Positions 59,984 through 64,000 of a stretch of DNA of 64,000 nt are shown here, piece after piece (the first letter of the stretch is position 1; each line of letters begins with the position of its first letter). Made by a program: the position numbers and the translations under genes. Source of the stretch: the human T2T-CHM13v2.0 reference genome, Homo sapiens; assembly GCF_009914755.1 (NCBI RefSeq), contig NC_060925.1; one strand, written 5' to 3'. Below the pieces are notes generated by a model that was not told where the DNA came from, did not search any database, and was given only the letters and a program-made list of their open reading frames with translations.

Positions 59984-60165
59984 CTGTAGGTTTTAAAGAG
60001 GACATGTGCCTGAGCTCCATCCTTAGGGATTCTGATTATGGAACTGGTGCTTGGCAACAGTTGAACTCACTGCCAATTTCAGCAATAACCATTTCTAATA
60101 TTTAAACAACTAACTACTTCCTAAAAGAATACCTGGAATGTTTTTGTGTTAGGAGAGATCAGGAA
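59984..60165 (-). repeat. Inverted repeat, right arm (182 bp)
   Basis: Reverse complement of 57224-57405. Confidence 0.97.
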
Positions 60166-60462
60166 AATAGGAATCATCATCAGCCTAAAGCTACGTTAAT
60201 GTGCCCCTCTAGGTAGCAGTACTGAATGAATGTGTGCCACATTCTAAGTTATTCGACTTGTGCTACAAGTTCTTGTTGGAGGAATATATTCTAACAAACC
60301 AAGAAACAGGCTCCAGGGTCAGTATATCTGGATCCTCACTATCATGAACTAGCTTTGTGTTAAGACTATGTACAAAAGTAAGAGTAGAAAGCCATCTTTC
60401 TTGGGCAAGTGAGGGCTATGATGTCTAAGCACTGATCCATTCAAAGAATATTTGTGGGCATA

Positions 60463-60859
60463 AGTGTTGGTCTGTTTACGTTGCTATAAAGGAATACCCG
60501 AGACTAATTTATAAAGAAAATGAGGTTTATTTTGGCTCACAGCTCTGCAGGCTGTATAAGAAGCATGGTGCCAGCATCTGCTTCTGGTGAGAGCCCCAGG
60601 AAATTTCCAGTCATGGTGGAAGATGAAGGGGAACATGTGTCACATGGCAAGAGAGAGTGAGAGATCAAGCAAGGGGTGGGTTTATGCCACACATGCCAGA
60701 TCTCGTGTGAACTCAGAGTGAGAACTCACTCATTACTGCAAGGATGGCACCATGCTATTCATGAGGGAGCTCCAAATGCCTCCCATCAGGCCCCACCACT
60801 AACACTGGGGATTACATTTCAACATGAGATTTGAAGGGACAAACATCCAAACCATATCA
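60463..60859 (-). mobile_element. MSTB solo LTR
   Basis: ttgctataaaggaatacccgagact...acaaacatccaaaccatatca. Confidence 0.88.
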
Positions 60860-61001
60860 ACATCTATTGTGCTGGGAGCTAAGGATACAAATTCCAAAAT
60901 AGATAAAATCATGGCCCTCATGGAGCTTGCTGTCTCACAGAGCTTTCTAATATAAACGTACCCATAGGAATAGTCAGGTGAGCAGTTTGGAGCAAAGTCA
61001 T

Positions 61002-61397
61002 TGCTGTGGTCTGAATGTGTCCCCCAACATTTATGTGTTGGAAACTTAATCCTCAGTGCAGCAGTGTTGGGAGATGGGACCTTCTGGGAAGTGTTTAGGC
61101 TCTGCCTTTATGAATGGATTATTACCATTATAAAAGGGCTTAATGAAGTGAGCTTGGTCCTTTTTCTTCCCTTTCCTTCCCTTTTACCACATGAGGACAC
61201 AGCATTCCTCCCCTCTGGAAGATGTAGCAACAAGGTGCCATCTTGGAAGCAGAGACCAGTCACTCACTAGATACAGAACCTGCTCATTCCTTGATCTTGA
61301 GCTCCCAGCCTCCAGAACTGTGAAAAATAAATTTCTATTGTTTAAAAACTACCCAGTCTGTGGTATTTTGTTATAGAAGCGCAAATGGACTAAGACA
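61002..61397 (+). mobile_element. MSTD-like solo LTR
   Basis: TGCTGTGGTCTGAATG...GGACTAAGACA, 396 bp, TSD gtcat/atcat. Confidence 0.85.
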
Positions 61398-61562
61398 ATC
61401 ATGTACAATAGCATTTGCTGATCCTGAAACAGTATGATGTGGAGAAAAATGCATATGTTTCCTTACTGATCACTGTTAGTGGGAATGGTGAGAGATGAGA
61501 GATAACAGCTCTGGAAGGGCTGTCATTGATGTGCCAAGAAACTTAGACTTTATCATATAGGT

Positions 61563-61725
61563 CAGGTCCTCAGACTTTAATATGAAGGCCTGAATCTTGT
61601 TTAAAATGCAAGTATGTGGACACCATCCCCAGAGAATCTGACTCAATAGGTTGGAATGGAGCTCCTTGGGTCTGCCTTTTTAACCAGCACATCAGGAAAT
61701 CTCACCCAGGTGGTTAGAAACTCTG
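61563..61725. mobile_element. MER5-family MITE
   Basis: cttgtttaaaatgca...ccccagagaatctgactcaataggttgg...ttttaaccagcac. Confidence 0.6.
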
Positions 61726-64000
61726 CTGTAGATAAGCAAGATAGTCTCAAGGGCAGCAATACATTTTAGAAAGATCACTGGCCTTGAGCTCAGGCCTCTG
61801 GGCTCCAACCAGATTCAGCTCACTCTCTACTATTCCCCACCACCTCTCTTGTAACTTTGCCCAAGCACACAATTTCATTTAAACATCCAGCATTAAAACA
61901 TACCAACAACAGAATAAACAGCAGCAGCAATGGACACTACAATAAAGCGATGAATCTTTACCAGTGATTAAGAACTGGTTTTATCATACACCTGTACAGT
62001 TATGTGAGGGGAGGATGGAGACATAATTGAGAATTCCATGGGAAAAAAAATCCAAACCATTTTATTGAACTGGAAAAATCTCTCCAGTCAAAAGAGCCAA
62101 TCCAATACTTGAAGTAAACACCGGCTTTAAAAAACAATGCACTTGAATATATTAGTTTCTGGGCCTCAATATATTATCAAGGAAGAAACAAAGCAAATAC
62201 TTAGGGAGTCAATAAAGTCATTAAAGATTCTGATCACTTCTATAAACCCTCAGTGGTTCCCCTCCCCGCAAGCTATCATGATTACTATTCAGACCAATGA
62301 ACTGTGTTTCTAACCATTAGAAAATCAGCAGCTTATTGTGGCATACTGTGTGTGGGATTGATTGGGTTACACTACTTTAAATGAATGTGAGATATGAAAT
62401 CATTATTTCAATATTGTTTAAAAATTAATTAGAACTTTTCAGAATTGTTTTAGAATGTCAAGGTTTAATTAACTTATTTATTTAACAGACTCATATGTGA
62501 CCTTCTTTGCAGAGAGCCTGTGGATTTCTTCAGCATTTAATAGTCTAGTGGCGAGGAGGAGTGGGTTTTTGTTTTTTATTGGAGAGCTGAAATACACTCA
62601 TTGTCTTTTTATCACTTTAATAGTTCTTTGTGTTGCAGGTAAAGCATTATTAATTCATGTCCAATGAGAAATATACAAGGTTTTTGACGACATAGCAAAA
62701 ACTAAGCAATAAAAACAATCATCCGAGGAGAAGGGGAGGAATAGGTCAGTCCTTTAGATGAAAACAGGTAATTCAAGTAAATGCTCAAAAGTATAATTTG
62801 CGTATTTCCTAGTAGTCAGAAAGTAATGTCTCTGTATCAAAGTTCATTCCTTTGCCAAGGGAGGAGAGGAGTATTATTTCACAGTGTCGAATTTTAGTGC
62901 ATTCTTCAGTTCATTTTATTCTTGCCTATGTGTAGACAGTCTCCACTTAGAATATGTGAATGTCAAGCCAGTTCATGTCAATAATGAAAATAGGATTCCC
63001 TTGTGACTCCTCCCCCTTCATTTTTGTAGCAATTTGCATTAAATCAAAGTTAAGTTATCTTGTCAACTTTGATCTCTCCTCAATTGCTCTAAATCCTCTA
63101 AGAAATCCATTTCCCAGGCTGCCTGGTGAACCTTCCTAAAATGAATCTTTATTAAACAATACCTTTGCAGCCAAAGGAGTTTCTACACAAATTGAATCGA
63201 AGTATGAATATTCTTCACCAGAAACCAAGCTTCTTTTATCCCACTATGAGGCTGTTTCAACTAGCCCCTGCAAACATTTTCTGCAACTCACACAGGGGGA
63301 AACAGTCATCTTTACATCACAAAGTAAACAAAGGGTCTCTTCTGCAAGACTAGTACATGCTCTAAACACTGTCATATTTTTTATGAATAAAAGCATAATA
63401 GTTTCTTCAGCTCTCAAAAATGTTTAAATATTATGTGTATCATTATACATTCAGAGGCTGACACTGCTATTATTTTACATGATCACCAATTGATGCCAAT
63501 AGGAATCATTTCCAGAGACTGGTTATAATGGTCTACATGGCAAGTAAATTATTGCTTGAGAGACTATTTTTGCTGTGTGACTACACTACTGAAAATTATA
63601 CCCAGCTTCATTTTGTAATATTGTCTTAAATGGCTAGGTGGAGTCTTAGTACTGTAGCTCAAAATACATTTCAAATGATGTTTAGAGATCTCTGTTCACC
63701 TGAAAAAAAAATGCGAGGGTCCATTCCAAAGAAAAATTCTATTATTATGCTGTGTCATAAACAATTATCACAGACAATAACAAGCCACAAAGAAAGCCAC
63801 TTGTTAGTGTGGATTTAAACTGAGAGTTCTGAATATACAGCCCCAAATCAACCACACCCTTTTCCCCACCCACCCTAACATCTTCTGGACCAAAGCAAAT
63901 CTCTCTACCTGTGCTTGGAGTTTATCCCTTCCTACCTGTTGGGAACTTGGTTCTATTATTTATTTTTCATTTTTGTAGCCTCAGTCTCTCCCTCTGCACT

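Overview
Human, or at least hominid, genomic DNA: AT-rich and dominated by transposable elements, with no intact host gene that I can recognise. The core is a nested complex. An old full-length L1 (L1PA15-16/L1PB-like, ~9469-24117) carries an AluY, an AluJ and a full-length L1PA2-like element (12166-19205, perfect 19-bp TSD). A 968-bp HERV-K(HML-2) LTR5_Hs solo LTR sits in the sense orientation inside ORF1 of that L1PA2 (6-bp TSD ATGGAA). Immediately downstream of the LTR lie an ATG-initiated ORF1 C-terminal half (218 aa) and an uninterrupted 1275-aa ORF2. The ORF2 RT motifs are intact but its endonuclease active site carries N14H and D229Y. The antisense ORF0 is intact. The window also holds a decayed full-length L1PA7-like element, a full THE1B element, MST/MLT/LTR33 LTRs, MER8/MER44/MER5, Alus, MIR/L2 and two twin-primed L1 fragments. 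Outside the repeats there is a 182-bp, 97%-identical inverted repeat flanking 2.6 kb, several short locally copied segments, and a set of minus-strand exon-like segments that may belong to a decayed gene or lncRNA. Subfamily calls are from remembered consensus features, not from an alignment run.
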